Counted from the stretch's first letter, positions 9,278 through 19,378 are shown. The stretch: DNA of 64,000 nucleotides from Myxococcota bacterium (GCA_965228475.1 OZ245817.1:192001-256000), one strand, 5' to 3'. The notes: a model not told the origin generated them from the letters alone. Numbers and translations are program-made.

Positions 9278-10297
9278 CTAGCCGAAGAGCGCCTCGCAGC
9301 CCGTTCCGGCCAGTAGCGCGTCGACGTCGCTCCGGTCGTACGGTTCGAGGGCGGTGTACGCCTCGCGCAGGGCGAGGAGGCACTTGCCCTGGTACGGGAA
9401 GGGACGCTGCACCCACGGCTGGCCGTCGATCTCGGCCTCGACCCGCTCGGCGCCGGTCTCGAGTGCCGCGGCGTTCGCGAGCAGGAAGGGGGCGTAGACG
9501 CGCCCGACCTCGCCGAGCAGGCCGCCGACGGCCGGACCGAGGCCGTCCCGCGGCATCCAGTCCGCGCCGTCCGGCGCGACGCCCGAGAGATCGTCGACGA
9601 GGTCCACCCAGGCGGCGACGCGGGGCGCCTCCGCGAGCGCGATCGCCGAGGGGGTCGGGTCGAAGCCGACGAGCTGGGTGAGCTGCCCGTAGAGCGCGAA
9701 GTCGCAGCTCGCGGGGCGGGCGCCGAGCACGAAGCGCGACGTTTCGAGCCGGGCGGAGAGCAGGCCGAGCAGTCGCCGATAGCTCGCTTCGATGACCGGC
9801 CCCGTGGTTTCGTTCGAGCCGACGACCCAGAGCCGCTCGATCTGGCGCGCCGCGAACTGTTCGCCCGCGCGGACGGCCGCGTCCTCCGGGGCGTCGAGGG
9901 CGAACCAGCGCGGCAGGATCCGCGCGGCCTTGTCGATGTCGTCCCGATAGGCCCAGCGGTAGTGGAACATCGCCTTGGTGAGCCACTCGTCGGCGTAGTC
10001 TTCGAGCAGGAGGTCGACGAAGGCGAGCACCGGGTCTCCGGGCACCGCCGAGCGCTCCGGAAAGTTCGCTTCGAGTTCCCGGATGAGCGGCGTGGTGTCC
10101 GTGCGCGCTTCGAGTTCGCCCGCCGCGTTCGGGAGCAGAAGCTGCGGGAGCAGCTCGACGCGGGGCTTCGGAAGCCCCCGGCTCTCCGGCGTTCCCCGCG
10201 TGATCCAGCGGTGGGGGATGCGCCGGTAGCGCAGGAGCGCCACGAGCTTTCGGCTGTAGGGAGATCCGGGTGCGCCGACGATGCCGATGGGTTCCAA
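9278..10297 (-). CDS. Glutathione S-transferase family protein (paralog of the adjacent gene)
   Basis: TTG start after GGAGG; GSPYSRKLVALLRYRRIP, DTTPLI, DEWLTKAMFHYRW. Confidence 0.85.
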   Translation of the reverse strand: MEPIGIVGAPGSPYSRKLVALLRYRRIPHRWITRGTPESRGLPKPRVELLPQLLLPNAAGELEARTDTTPLIRELEANFPERSAVPGDPVLAFVDLLLEDYADEWLTKAMFHYRWAYRDDIDKAARILPRWFALDAPEDAAVRAGEQFAARQIERLWVVGSNETTGPVIEASYRRLLGLLSARLETSRFVLGARPASCDFALYGQLTQLVGFDPTPSAIALAEAPRVAAWVDLVDDLSGVAPDGADWMPRDGLGPAVGGLLGEVGRVYAPFLLANAAALETGAERVEAEIDGQPWVQRPFPYQGKCLLALREAYTALEPYDRSDVDALLAGTGCEALFG

Positions 10298-10403
10298 GGC
10301 GTCCTCCTGCCCGCCAGTATCGAGCGGCGCCCTCCCCCACCGCAACCGCCGTGGGACGCGGGCCCGAGGTTCGCTCGGGCCTTCGACGGGGTACGCTCGG
10401 GCG

Positions 10404-11225
10404 ATGGCGCAGCCCCCCCTCGATCTCTCGAGCGTCTTCGAGCTCGAAGCCCACGGTCCGGACACCTTCATCGGGGAAAGCCCGCCCTATTCCTGGGGCC
10501 GGATCTACGGAGGGCTCGTCGTCGCCCAGGCGCTCTGGGCCGCGATGCAGACCGTGCGCGAGGAGCACGCCGCCCACTCCCTCCACGCGTACTTCATCCT
10601 CGGAGGCGAGCTCGGCGAGCCGGTGCGCTACGAGGTCGACCGGGTGCGCAACGGGCGCTCCTTCAGCACGCGCCGCGTGGTCGCGCGCCAGAGTGCCGGC
10701 GCGATCCTGACGCTCGCCTGCTCGTTCCAGGCGGACGAGGACGGGCCCGAGTCGCAGCCCGCCGAGTTCCCGGAGGACGTGCCGGCGCCCGGCGACTGCG
10801 CGGAGGAGTGGGACGCCGGAGTCCCGACGCGCATCGTGAAACCCGCCACCGGCAGCACGGAGCCGCGCTCGCGCATCTGGGCGCGGTACCCGGAGCCGCT
10901 CGGCGACGATCCGCGCCTGCAGGCCTGCGCCCTGGCCTACCTCTCGGACCTGAACCCGATGGGCGCGGTCAACGCCTCTCATCCCGGAGGCAGCAAGGCG
11001 CTCGACTGGGAGAACATCATGGCGGTGAGCCTCGATCACGCCGTCTGGTTCCAGCGCGGCGGCCGCGCCGACGATTGGGTCCTCTTCGATCTCGCGGGCC
11101 ACGGCCTCGTGCGCACGCGGGGCCTGGCGACCGGCGAGGCCTACGCTGCCGACGGAACGCACCTGGCCACCGTCGCCCAGGAATGCCTGGTCCGGCAGCG
11201 CCGCGGCCCGAAGAAGGGCGCGTAG
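10404..11225 (+). CDS. tesB: Acyl-CoA thioesterase II
   Basis: IYGGLVVAQAL, HSLHAYF, RNGRSFSTRRV, SLDHAVWF and VAQE motifs. Confidence 0.88.
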   Translation: MAQPPLDLSSVFELEAHGPDTFIGESPPYSWGRIYGGLVVAQALWAAMQTVREEHAAHSLHAYFILGGELGEPVRYEVDRVRNGRSFSTRRVVARQSAGAILTLACSFQADEDGPESQPAEFPEDVPAPGDCAEEWDAGVPTRIVKPATGSTEPRSRIWARYPEPLGDDPRLQACALAYLSDLNPMGAVNASHPGGSKALDWENIMAVSLDHAVWFQRGGRADDWVLFDLAGHGLVRTRGLATGEAYAADGTHLATVAQECLVRQRRGPKKGA

Positions 11226-11301
11226 GATGGCCCTCCCGGGAGACGCCGCCCGGGAGTGACACCGCGCGCCTCCCGCCGGCTACTCACCCTTCGAGGACCC
11301 G

Positions 11302-12348
11302 ATGCGCATCCCCCGACTCCTCCTGCTTTCGACCTGCTTCTTCCTTGCCGCTCCGGAGGGCTTCGCCGCGTCCGAGCCGGCAGGGGCCGAACCGGTGGCG
11401 TCGGCCGAAGACGCCGAGCTCGCCGCCTGGCTCGAGGCGTTGCGCACCGAGGCGCTCGAGCGCGGGATCGGCGCCGAGACCCTCAACGCGGCGCTCGCCA
11501 ACGTGGCGCCGCGCCCGGTGGTGCTGAGGCGCGACCGCAGCCAGCCGCGCGCGCCCGGCGATTTCTGCGGGTACCTGGCCAAACGCCTGACCCCGACGCG
11601 CATCGCCCGCGGCCAGCGCGCCCTCGAGGAAAACGAAGAGCTGATGCGCGCCGTCACCGCCGAGTACGGCGTCCCGGCGCGCTACCTGGTCGCGCTGTGG
11701 GGCCTCGAATCGAACTTCGGCGACTACCAGGGCGACCACCCGATCTTCGACGCCCTCGTCACCCTCGCGCGCGACCCGCGGCGCGCCACCTTCTTCCGCA
11801 AGCAGATCTTCGCCGCCCTGGAGATCATCGAGGCCGGCCATCCCCACGAGGAGATGCGGGGCTCCTGGGCGGGGGCGATGGGTCAGGTCCAGTTCATGCC
11901 GACCACGTATCAGCGCTACGCCGTCGACTTCGACGGCGACGGCCGGAAGGACATCTGGCAGAGCCTGCCGGACGCCATGGCCTCGGCGGCGAACTACCTG
12001 CGCGCCGAAGGCTGGCGCAGCGGCGAGACCTGGGGCCGGCAGGTGAAGCTCCCCGCCGGCGCGGACGCGAAGGCCCTGCGCGGCCGGCGAAGCCTCGCCG
12101 CCTGGCGCGACCTCGGCGTCCAGCAGAGCAACGGCCAGAGCCTCCCGGAGGGCAACCTGTTCGCCCGCCTCGTGCATCCGCGCCGTGCGCCCGAGCCTTC
12201 GTTCCTGGTCTACTCGAACTACGAGCGCTTCATGGACTGGAATCGCTCGACGTTCTTCGCCATCTCGGTGGGCACGCTGGCCGACAAGCTCGCCAAGCGC
12301 AGCACCCTGCGCGCCTGCCACGGCAAACTTCCGCGCACTTCGAGCTAG
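11302..12348 (+). CDS. Lytic murein transglycosylase (MltB/Slt35 family)
   Basis: Signal peptide; WGLESNFG and GSWAGAMGQVQFMP motifs. Confidence 0.9.
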   Translation: MRIPRLLLLSTCFFLAAPEGFAASEPAGAEPVASAEDAELAAWLEALRTEALERGIGAETLNAALANVAPRPVVLRRDRSQPRAPGDFCGYLAKRLTPTRIARGQRALEENEELMRAVTAEYGVPARYLVALWGLESNFGDYQGDHPIFDALVTLARDPRRATFFRKQIFAALEIIEAGHPHEEMRGSWAGAMGQVQFMPTTYQRYAVDFDGDGRKDIWQSLPDAMASAANYLRAEGWRSGETWGRQVKLPAGADAKALRGRRSLAAWRDLGVQQSNGQSLPEGNLFARLVHPRRAPEPSFLVYSNYERFMDWNRSTFFAISVGTLADKLAKRSTLRACHGKLPRTSS

Positions 12349-12357
12349 GCTCCGCCC

Positions 12358-13215
12358 ATGGCAAGCCTGCTCCCCTCCCTGCCGAACCCGCTCGCCGGCC
12401 TGAGCGCCGAGATCGAGGAGCGCCTGGCGAAGGCCGACGTCGAGTTGAACGAGTTCGGCTACGACCCGTACGGCTTCCACCCCGCCTCGATGCAGCGCTA
12501 CGTCCTGCCTTCGGTCTGGCTCTACCGCAACTACTTCCGCGTCGAGACCTTCGACATCGAGAACGTTCCGCGCGGGCCGATGATGCTCGTCGCCAACCAC
12601 TCGGGACAGTTCGCCTGGGACGGCATGATGCTGACCGTCGCGATGCTCATGGCCGCGAACCCGCCGCGCATCTGCCGGGGCATGGGCGAGTACTTCCTGT
12701 TCCGCATGCCGTGGGTGGCGCCGACGGGCGCGCGCGCCGGCATGATGGTCGGCACGCCGGACAACTGCGTGCACATGCTCCAGAACGACCAGTGCGTGAT
12801 GGTCTTCCCGGAAGGAGCGAGCGGCGCCAACAAGCCCTTCCACAAGCGCTATCAGCTGCAGGACTTCGGCCAGGGCTTCCTGCGCCTGGCCCTCGAGGCC
12901 GACGCGCCGATCGTGCCCGTCGGCATCGTGGGCGCCGAGGAACAGCAGCCCGGGCTCGCGAACTTCGAGGGCTTCGGGCGTTCGATCGGATTGCCCTCGT
13001 TCCCGATCACGCTGACGATGCCGTGGTTCGGCCTGCTCGGCCCGGCCATGGCGCTTCCCGTGAAGTACCGGATCTACTTCGGCGAGCCGATCCGCTTCGA
13101 CGGCAGCCCGAACGACGAGGACGCGGTCATCGACGGCAGCGTCGACGTCGTGAAGGCCCGCATCCGGGGCCTCCTGGCCCGGGGCCTGCGCGAGCGCGAA
13201 GCCGTCTTCTGGTAG
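12358..13215 (+). CDS. Lysophospholipid/glycerol acyltransferase family protein
   Basis: ANHSGQFAWD (HX4-5D type), VFPEG and PIVPV motifs. Confidence 0.88.
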   Translation: MASLLPSLPNPLAGLSAEIEERLAKADVELNEFGYDPYGFHPASMQRYVLPSVWLYRNYFRVETFDIENVPRGPMMLVANHSGQFAWDGMMLTVAMLMAANPPRICRGMGEYFLFRMPWVAPTGARAGMMVGTPDNCVHMLQNDQCVMVFPEGASGANKPFHKRYQLQDFGQGFLRLALEADAPIVPVGIVGAEEQQPGLANFEGFGRSIGLPSFPITLTMPWFGLLGPAMALPVKYRIYFGEPIRFDGSPNDEDAVIDGSVDVVKARIRGLLARGLREREAVFW

Positions 13216-13355
13216 TTGGCCGGGTCTCGATCGGCCGAAATCGGCACGAAGGCTGGAACCCCGGAACCCCGGAACGGCGGTCCGCGCGGCGCGAGCGGGC
13301 TAACGTCCGTCCGCCGGCACGAGACCGGCGACAACCCCCGAATTGGAGTCCGTCG

Positions 13356-14486
13356 ATGCTTCTGCGCCCCGTTCGAGTCCTCCTGACCCTGCTTGCAGCC
13401 TTCGCGATCGGCTGTGCGAGGCCGCTTCCCGAGCTGCCGCCCATCCAGACCGGCCCGGTTTCGATCGGCGCCGGCGAGTGGCGCGTGACGAACCAGGTGA
13501 TCGTGCTGACGGACGCCTCGGGCACGCAGTACGACAACGGCACCTTCCCGGAGGCGAAGTCGCTCACGCGGAGCTTCGTCGCGGTGATGCCGGCGAACGA
13601 CGCGCCGGCCAAGGACCGCGGCGGCTACGAAGCCGGCCTCGTCGGCTTCGGCGGCGAGGAGCGCAGCAGCGCTCCGCTCGCGCCCTTCGACCGCGGTGCG
13701 CTCGCATCGGTCGCCGCCGGGCTCATGCCCCTCGGCTCGATCGACGGCATGGGCGGCTACACGCCGATCCACCACGTGCTCACGGAGACGAAGGCCCAGC
13801 TCGAAGGCGGCCGCACGCCCGGCGCGCTCGTGGTGTTCTCCGACGGACTCCCGGACGATGCGGACTGGGCGCTCGCCAACGGCGGCAAGCTCGTCGAAGC
13901 GCGGCCGGACCTCTGCATCCACACCGTGCAGACCGGCGACGACCCGGCGGGCACCGCGTTCCTCACGGCGCTCTCGGGCCTGAGCGCCTGCGGCAGCCAT
14001 CGCAGCGGTTCGAGCCTCTCGAGCGCCGGTGCGCTGCAGTCCTTCGCGAAGACGGTCTTCGTCGGCCCGGCCGACGCGCCGCCGCCTCCGCCGCCCCCGG
14101 TGGCGAAGCCCGTCCCCGCGCCGCCTCCGCCGCCGGACCCGTGCAAGAGCGTCGTGCGGCTGCGCGGCATCGAGTTCGAGTTCGACAAGGCCGAGATCCT
14201 GCCCGTCTCGCGGCCGACCCTCGACGTGGTGGCGGATCAGCTCCGCCAGTGCCCGGCGATCCGCGTGAGCGTCGACGGCCACACGGACGCGATCGGGAGC
14301 GACGCCTACAACCAGGCGCTCTCGCTCCGCCGCGCCCAGGCGACGCGCAACTACCTCGTCGAGGTCGGCATCGACGCCGGGCGGCTGAGCACCCAGGGCT
14401 TCGGGGAGTCCCGCCCCGTGGACACGAACGACACGCCGAGCGGGCGCGCCCGCAACCGGCGCGTCGAGCTCTCGCCGCTGCCCTAG
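13356..14486 (+). CDS. Lipoprotein with VWA domain, Pro-rich linker and C-terminal OmpA peptidoglycan-binding domain
   Basis: Lipobox AIGC; DASGT/FSDG MIDAS-like motifs; PPPPPP linker; GHTDAIGSDAYNQALSLRRA and NRRVE. Confidence 0.88.
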   Translation: MLLRPVRVLLTLLAAFAIGCARPLPELPPIQTGPVSIGAGEWRVTNQVIVLTDASGTQYDNGTFPEAKSLTRSFVAVMPANDAPAKDRGGYEAGLVGFGGEERSSAPLAPFDRGALASVAAGLMPLGSIDGMGGYTPIHHVLTETKAQLEGGRTPGALVVFSDGLPDDADWALANGGKLVEARPDLCIHTVQTGDDPAGTAFLTALSGLSACGSHRSGSSLSSAGALQSFAKTVFVGPADAPPPPPPPVAKPVPAPPPPPDPCKSVVRLRGIEFEFDKAEILPVSRPTLDVVADQLRQCPAIRVSVDGHTDAIGSDAYNQALSLRRAQATRNYLVEVGIDAGRLSTQGFGESRPVDTNDTPSGRARNRRVELSPLP

Positions 14487-14543
14487 CCCGGCACCGGCGC
14501 TGCCGCGGCGGGGACGCGCCCCACTTGGGGTAACGTCCCCGCC

Positions 14544-15593
14544 GTGCAGCTCCCGGTGACCGGCCATCCGCTCCATACCCGCTCCCTGACCCTGGTCGTC
14601 TCCCAGCGCGAGGACGGGCGCCTGCGCGCGCGCGGCGACGTCGTCGACCTGCGCAAGTGTGGGTTCGTTCCGATGACCTCGGGCATCCAGCCCGCGGGAA
14701 CGATCCACCAGATGTGGATCGAGCTCGTCGTGGATCCGGACACCCGTCGCATCGATTCCGTCGCGACGGGGCAGCCCTTCGTCGCCGTCGAACCCGCTCC
14801 GGCGACGGGCGGCGAGTGCTGCCGCGACCCCGCCCCGCGGCTCGAGGCCCTGGCGGGCGAGGTCCTCGACGGCGGCTTCAACAAGCGGCTCTCCACGGTG
14901 TTCGGGGGCCCCCTCGGCTGCTCGCATCTGCTCTCGCTCTTCCAGCTGATGGCGACGGCGATGCCGCGCGCCCTCGACCGCGAGGCGGCCGTGCTCGAAT
15001 CGACCCCGGCGCGGCGCCGGCCCGACGAGCGCCTCTTCTGGCGGAGCCTCTTCCTCGACGGCTTCGAGGCCGCGGACGGCGCGCTCGAGCTGGCGGTGCA
15101 GTTCCACGACTTCCACGGCCACCCGGACGAAGGCGTCGAGAACCCCCTCGACCGCTTCGTGCGTCAGGACGAGCTGCGCATCTTCGCGCGCGTCGAGACG
15201 CCGAGCCTCGCGATGACCGACCTGCGCGCCTTCGAGCGCATCCGCGAACGCGACACGCTGATGACCGCGGATTGGGAGGATCGCGCTGCGGCGATCGCCG
15301 AGCTCGTCGGCAAGCCGATCATCCCGGGCCTTGCCGGCCGGATCTTCAAGACCCTCCCGGCCACGCCGGAGAACGCCGTCCTGCGCGACGCGCTCCTCCA
15401 GCTCGCCCCCGGCCAGATCCAGGTGATGGCCGCCATGACCGACCGCTGGTTCTCCCGCGCGAGCGACGCCGAGGTGAGCGACTCGGCCTCGCGCGACCGC
15501 GGCCCCCAGGTCGCCTCCATCGGGGGGATGGCCGACTCCTGCTACATGTGGCGGGCGGGCGGGGCACTCGCGAAGGCTCGCTGGGACTCCTAG
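14544..15593 (+). CDS. DUF2889-like protein
   Basis: HPLHTRSL, IHQMWIEL and GGPLGCSHL motifs; C-terminal DSCYMW. Confidence 0.7.
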   Translation: MQLPVTGHPLHTRSLTLVVSQREDGRLRARGDVVDLRKCGFVPMTSGIQPAGTIHQMWIELVVDPDTRRIDSVATGQPFVAVEPAPATGGECCRDPAPRLEALAGEVLDGGFNKRLSTVFGGPLGCSHLLSLFQLMATAMPRALDREAAVLESTPARRRPDERLFWRSLFLDGFEAADGALELAVQFHDFHGHPDEGVENPLDRFVRQDELRIFARVETPSLAMTDLRAFERIRERDTLMTADWEDRAAAIAELVGKPIIPGLAGRIFKTLPATPENAVLRDALLQLAPGQIQVMAAMTDRWFSRASDAEVSDSASRDRGPQVASIGGMADSCYMWRAGGALAKARWDS

Positions 15594-15609
15594 CTCTTGG
15601 TCGGTAGAT

Positions 15610-15799
15610 GGCCGGGGAGGGGGTGTCGTTGCTCCGGGTGGCTGGCCGTTGTAGCGGCTCGCGGCGTCGGCCGTCCTTGCCCAAGAAACAGGCCGCGGGG
15701 TCGTCTGGGATTCCCGGCCCTCGATGTAGTACCGGCCGTGGTTCGAGCGGCGTTTCGGCCGTGTTGGCCTCCCTGCGCAACGACACCCCCTCCCCGGCC
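15610..15799. repeat. 190-bp element with perfect 23-bp terminal inverted repeats (MITE/REPIN-like)
   Basis: GGCCGGGGAGGGGGTGTCGTTGC (15610-15632) is the exact reverse complement of 15777-15799. Confidence 0.75.
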
Positions 15800-15849
15800 C
15801 TTCGGGACTTGGGGGGTCGCAGGCCTTCGCGCGCGCCCCTGTGGTTTGA

Positions 15850-16035
15850 AGTCGGGGGAGGGGTGTCCCGCGGGAGCGCAGCGCAACCCGGCCCCGCAGT
15901 GGCGTACTGATGAACCGGAACGTCATCGAGGGTGCGGCGTTCAGTCGGATCGAACGCCCGCAAACGAGCAGGGAGCACCACGCTCCGAACCGAGAAGCCG
16001 TGAGCGAAGCGGAGCGGGACACCCCTCCCCCGACT
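15850..16035. repeat. 186-bp element with perfect 22-bp terminal inverted repeats, related to the preceding element
   Basis: AGTCGGGGGAGGGGTGTCCCGC (15850-15871) is the exact reverse complement of 16014-16035; internal hairpins; GCGCAGC and GCGAAGC mini-hairpin motifs. Confidence 0.75.
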
Positions 16036-16070
16036 CGGCCCCGCAGTTCTAACGAGACCGGAACACCACC

Positions 16071-17072
16071 CTACCCGGCTTCGTTCTCGGCGCCCGCAGG
16101 CCGGCGTGTGAGCCCGCGGTAGGCGTCCTCCGGCGAGTGCCCCTCGTAGAGCACCCCGTACACCTCGCGCGCGATCGGCATGTCGACCCCGTGGCGCTCC
16201 GCCAGCTCCATCACGACCTTCGTCGTCTTCACCCCCTCGGCGACCATGTGCATGTCGTCGAGGATCTCCTGGAGCTTCTTCCCCTGGCCGAGCTGGAAGC
16301 CCACCGTGCGGTTGCGGCTCTGGGGGCTGATGCAGGTCGCGATCAGGTCGCCCATGCCGGCGAGGCCCGAGAACGTCTGCGGCTGTCCGCCCATCGCCAT
16401 GCCGAGCCGCGTGAGCTCCGCGAGGCCGCGCGTGATCACCGCCGAGCGCGTGTTGTCGCCGACGCCGAGGCCGTCGCCCATGCCGCTCGCGATGGCGATC
16501 ACGTTCTTCAGCGCTCCGCCGAGTTCGCAGCCGATCACGTCGGGGTTCGTGTAGACGCGGAAGAGGCCCGAGTGGAAGACGCTCTGGAGCTGGGTCGCCG
16601 TCATCGGGTCTTCGATGGCGACGACGCTCGCGGCGGCGAAGCCGGCCATGATCTCCTTGGCGAGGTTCGGGCCGGAGAGCACCGCGGCGCGATGCTCGGG
16701 GAGCATCTCGCGGATCACCTCCGTCATGCGCAGGTGCGTCCCCTGCTCGAGGCCCTTGGCGAGGCTCACGACCGGGACCCACGGGCGCAGACAGGTCGAG
16801 AGCTCCTCGAGCACGCCGCGGAAGCCGTGGGAGGGAACGCCCATCACCACGAGGTCCGCGGTGGAGATCGCCTCTTCGAGGGAGTCCGTGGCGCGCAGCG
16901 CCTCCGGGAGCGCGAAGTCCGCCAGGTAGCGGTGGTTGCGGTGCTCCCGGTTGATCTCGTCGGCCTGGTCCGAGCGGCGGGTCCAGAGCGTGACGGGAGC
17001 GTTCTTCGTCGCGAGGCTCGCGACCGTCGTCCCGAAGGAACCCCCACCGAGCACCGCTACGCGAAGATCCAT
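16071..17072 (-). CDS. gpsA: NAD(P)H-dependent glycerol-3-phosphate dehydrogenase
   Basis: GGGSFGT, LSGPNLAKE, GGALKNVIAI, GDLIATC..SRNR and VAEGV motifs. Confidence 0.95.
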   Translation of the reverse strand: MDLRVAVLGGGSFGTTVASLATKNAPVTLWTRRSDQADEINREHRNHRYLADFALPEALRATDSLEEAISTADLVVMGVPSHGFRGVLEELSTCLRPWVPVVSLAKGLEQGTHLRMTEVIREMLPEHRAAVLSGPNLAKEIMAGFAAASVVAIEDPMTATQLQSVFHSGLFRVYTNPDVIGCELGGALKNVIAIASGMGDGLGVGDNTRSAVITRGLAELTRLGMAMGGQPQTFSGLAGMGDLIATCISPQSRNRTVGFQLGQGKKLQEILDDMHMVAEGVKTTKVVMELAERHGVDMPIAREVYGVLYEGHSPEDAYRGLTRRPAGAENEAG

Positions 17073-17148
17073 GCAGGCCTCCTTGCCCCAGGGCGCCATT
17101 GTTCCTGCGCGCCGCCCGCCGAGTCAAGCGATGGCGTACACTCTCGCC

Positions 17149-18609
17149 ATGGCCGGCCCGCGGATCGTCATCATCGGCACCGGGTTCTCCGGGCTCTGTC
17201 TCGGCATCCAGCTCAAGCGTGCCGGCTTCGAGGACTTCACGATCCTCGAGAAGGCCGACCACCTCGGCGGCACCTGGCGCGAGAACACCTACCCGGGCGT
17301 CGCCTGCGACCTCATGTCCTTCGCCTACTGCTTCTCCTTCGAGCAGAAGACGGACTGGACGCGGAAGTGGTCGCCCCAGCCCGAGATCCTCGCGTACATG
17401 GAGCACTGCGCGCAGAAGTACGGGCTCCTGCCGCACATCCGCTTCGGCGCCGAGGTCGTCGGCGCGCGCTTCGAGGAAGAGCGCGGCGTGTGGCGCGTCC
17501 GCACGCGCGAAGGCGGCGTCGAGGGCGACGAGTTCGAGGCCGAGGTGCTGGTCTCCGGCGTCGGCCAGCTCCACAAGCCGGTGTATCCGGACCTCCCGGG
17601 CCGTGAGAGCTTCGCCGGCCCCTCCTTCCACTCCGCCGCCTGGGACGCGAGCGTGCCGCTCGAGGGCAAGCGCATCGGCGTGATCGGCAGCGCCGCGAGC
17701 GCCATCCAGTTCATTCCCGAGATCGCGAAGCAGGCCAGCTCGCTCACGGTCTTCCAGCGGACGCCGAACTGGATCATCCCGCGTGGGGATCGCGCGTACA
17801 CCGAGAACGAGAAGCGCTGGCTCGGACGTTCCCGTCTGCTGGCGAAGGCCTACCGAAGCTTCATCTGGGCGCGGCAGGAGCTGATGTTCCCGCTCATCGT
17901 CGGGAAGATGCAGAAGCGCTGGCGCGAGATGGCGCTCGGCAACCTCGAAGAGCACATCCAGGACCCGGAGCTCCGCAAGAAGCTCACGCCGAACTACCCG
18001 GTGGGCGGCAAGCGCGTCCTCATCCACGACGACTACTTCCCGGCCCTGGCGCGGGAGAACGTGGAGCTCGTGACCGAGGCGATCGAGCGCATCGACGCGA
18101 GCGGCGTCGTCACCGCCGACGGCGAGCACCACGCCTTCGACGTCCTCGTCTACGGCACCGGCTTCGACACGACCCACTTCATGGCGCCCATGGAGATCGA
18201 GGGCCGCGACGGCCACGTCCTGGAATCGCAGTGGAAGGACGGCGCCGAGGCGTACCTGGGGCTCACCGTCGCGGGCTTCCCGAACTTCTTCATGATGTAC
18301 GGCCCGAACACCAACCTCGGGCACAACTCGATCATCTTCATGATCGAGTGCCAGGCGAACTACATCGTGCGGTGTGTGGAGCGGATCAGGAACGAGGGCC
18401 TTCGCTACCTCGACCTCAGCCCGGAGGCCATGAAGGCCTTCAACGTCCAGCTCCAGGCGAAGCTCGACCAGACCGTCTGGGCCCGCACCCCGCGAAGCTG
18501 GTACAAGAACGCCGCCGGCAAGATCACCAACAACTGGTCGGGCACCACCACGGCCTACTGGTGGCAGACGCGCCGGCCGAAGTTCACCGACTATCGCGAG
18601 ATCCGATAG
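17149..18609 (+). CDS. Flavin-containing (Baeyer-Villiger-type) monooxygenase
   Basis: GTGFSG, GGTWRENTYPG, FAGPSFHSAAWD (FxGxxxHxxxW) and GSAAS motifs. Confidence 0.92.
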   Translation: MAGPRIVIIGTGFSGLCLGIQLKRAGFEDFTILEKADHLGGTWRENTYPGVACDLMSFAYCFSFEQKTDWTRKWSPQPEILAYMEHCAQKYGLLPHIRFGAEVVGARFEEERGVWRVRTREGGVEGDEFEAEVLVSGVGQLHKPVYPDLPGRESFAGPSFHSAAWDASVPLEGKRIGVIGSAASAIQFIPEIAKQASSLTVFQRTPNWIIPRGDRAYTENEKRWLGRSRLLAKAYRSFIWARQELMFPLIVGKMQKRWREMALGNLEEHIQDPELRKKLTPNYPVGGKRVLIHDDYFPALARENVELVTEAIERIDASGVVTADGEHHAFDVLVYGTGFDTTHFMAPMEIEGRDGHVLESQWKDGAEAYLGLTVAGFPNFFMMYGPNTNLGHNSIIFMIECQANYIVRCVERIRNEGLRYLDLSPEAMKAFNVQLQAKLDQTVWARTPRSWYKNAAGKITNNWSGTTTAYWWQTRRPKFTDYREIR

Positions 18610-18646
18610 GGCCGCGGCCCGTTGCCGCTGGCGTTCCGAGTGGCCC

Positions 18647-19213
18647 CTACCGCTCCGAGCGGCGGAGGCCGACGAGCGCCAGGCCCGCGCCGAGCATCAG
18701 CAGGCCCGCCGAAGGCTCAGGGACCAGCGTGAACGTGAGCGCGTAGCTCACGACGGTGTCCGCGGTCTCCTGGAGCCAGAAGGAGTGGGTGCCGACGCCG
18801 TAGGGCCCGCCGAGGCTGGCCGTGATGTCGCCGGATGCGGCGTTGAACAGCAGGAAGTCGTCGACGTTGCCCGCGCCCTGGCCCGCGAAGCCGAGACCGT
18901 TCACGTAGCCGGCGAAGCTCGAGCCCGGGTTGGAGGGCGCGAAGGTGTAGGAGTCCACCGTGAGGGAGGTGACGGTCGCGCCGGCCGGGACCGTGAAATA
19001 GAAGTAGTCGGCGTCCTGGCCGCCGACCGCGCCGGTGTTCCCGTTGTTGCCGATCGTGCCGATGACGGTGTTGGTGCCGGCCGCGAGGGTCAACTCGGTC
19101 GGGGCGGCCCCGACGCCGGAGAGGTCGCCGTCGATGCTCTCGTCCCAGATCGTGGCGGCGGAGGCCAGGCCCGGGGCGGTGAGGAGAAGGGTCGCGAGAA
19201 GGAGTCGGCGCAT
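18647..19213 (-). CDS. PEP-CTERM sorting domain protein
   Basis: Signal peptide MRRLLLATLLL...ASA; C-terminal VPEPSAGLLMLGAGLALVGLRRSER. Confidence 0.9.
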   Translation of the reverse strand: MRRLLLATLLLTAPGLASAATIWDESIDGDLSGVGAAPTELTLAAGTNTVIGTIGNNGNTGAVGGQDADYFYFTVPAGATVTSLTVDSYTFAPSNPGSSFAGYVNGLGFAGQGAGNVDDFLLFNAASGDITASLGGPYGVGTHSFWLQETADTVVSYALTFTLVPEPSAGLLMLGAGLALVGLRRSER

Positions 19214-19378
19214 GGGAAGGTCCTCGGAGCGTCCGCTGGCAGCGGAGCGGGCCCTTCCCTGGCTGGGAGTTTTGTACCACGTCGGCGGCCGGGTGCCCAG
19301 CCCCGGGGCCCACAACTGCCCGGAAAACCTCGAAACGGGCCTCTCAAGGCCCTCCCCGGGCCGGACGAACAGTCCGCC

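Noticed and set aside
13255..13275. GGAACCCC tandem repeat (2.6 copies) and nearby stems as a CRISPR array or riboswitch
   Set aside because: Too short, no spacers, and no riboswitch consensus I recognise.
15610..16035. Known housekeeping RNA (RNase P, tmRNA, SRP, tRNA) or a CRISPR array
   Set aside because: Signature motifs are absent; the repeats are inverted rather than direct; no cas genes are present.
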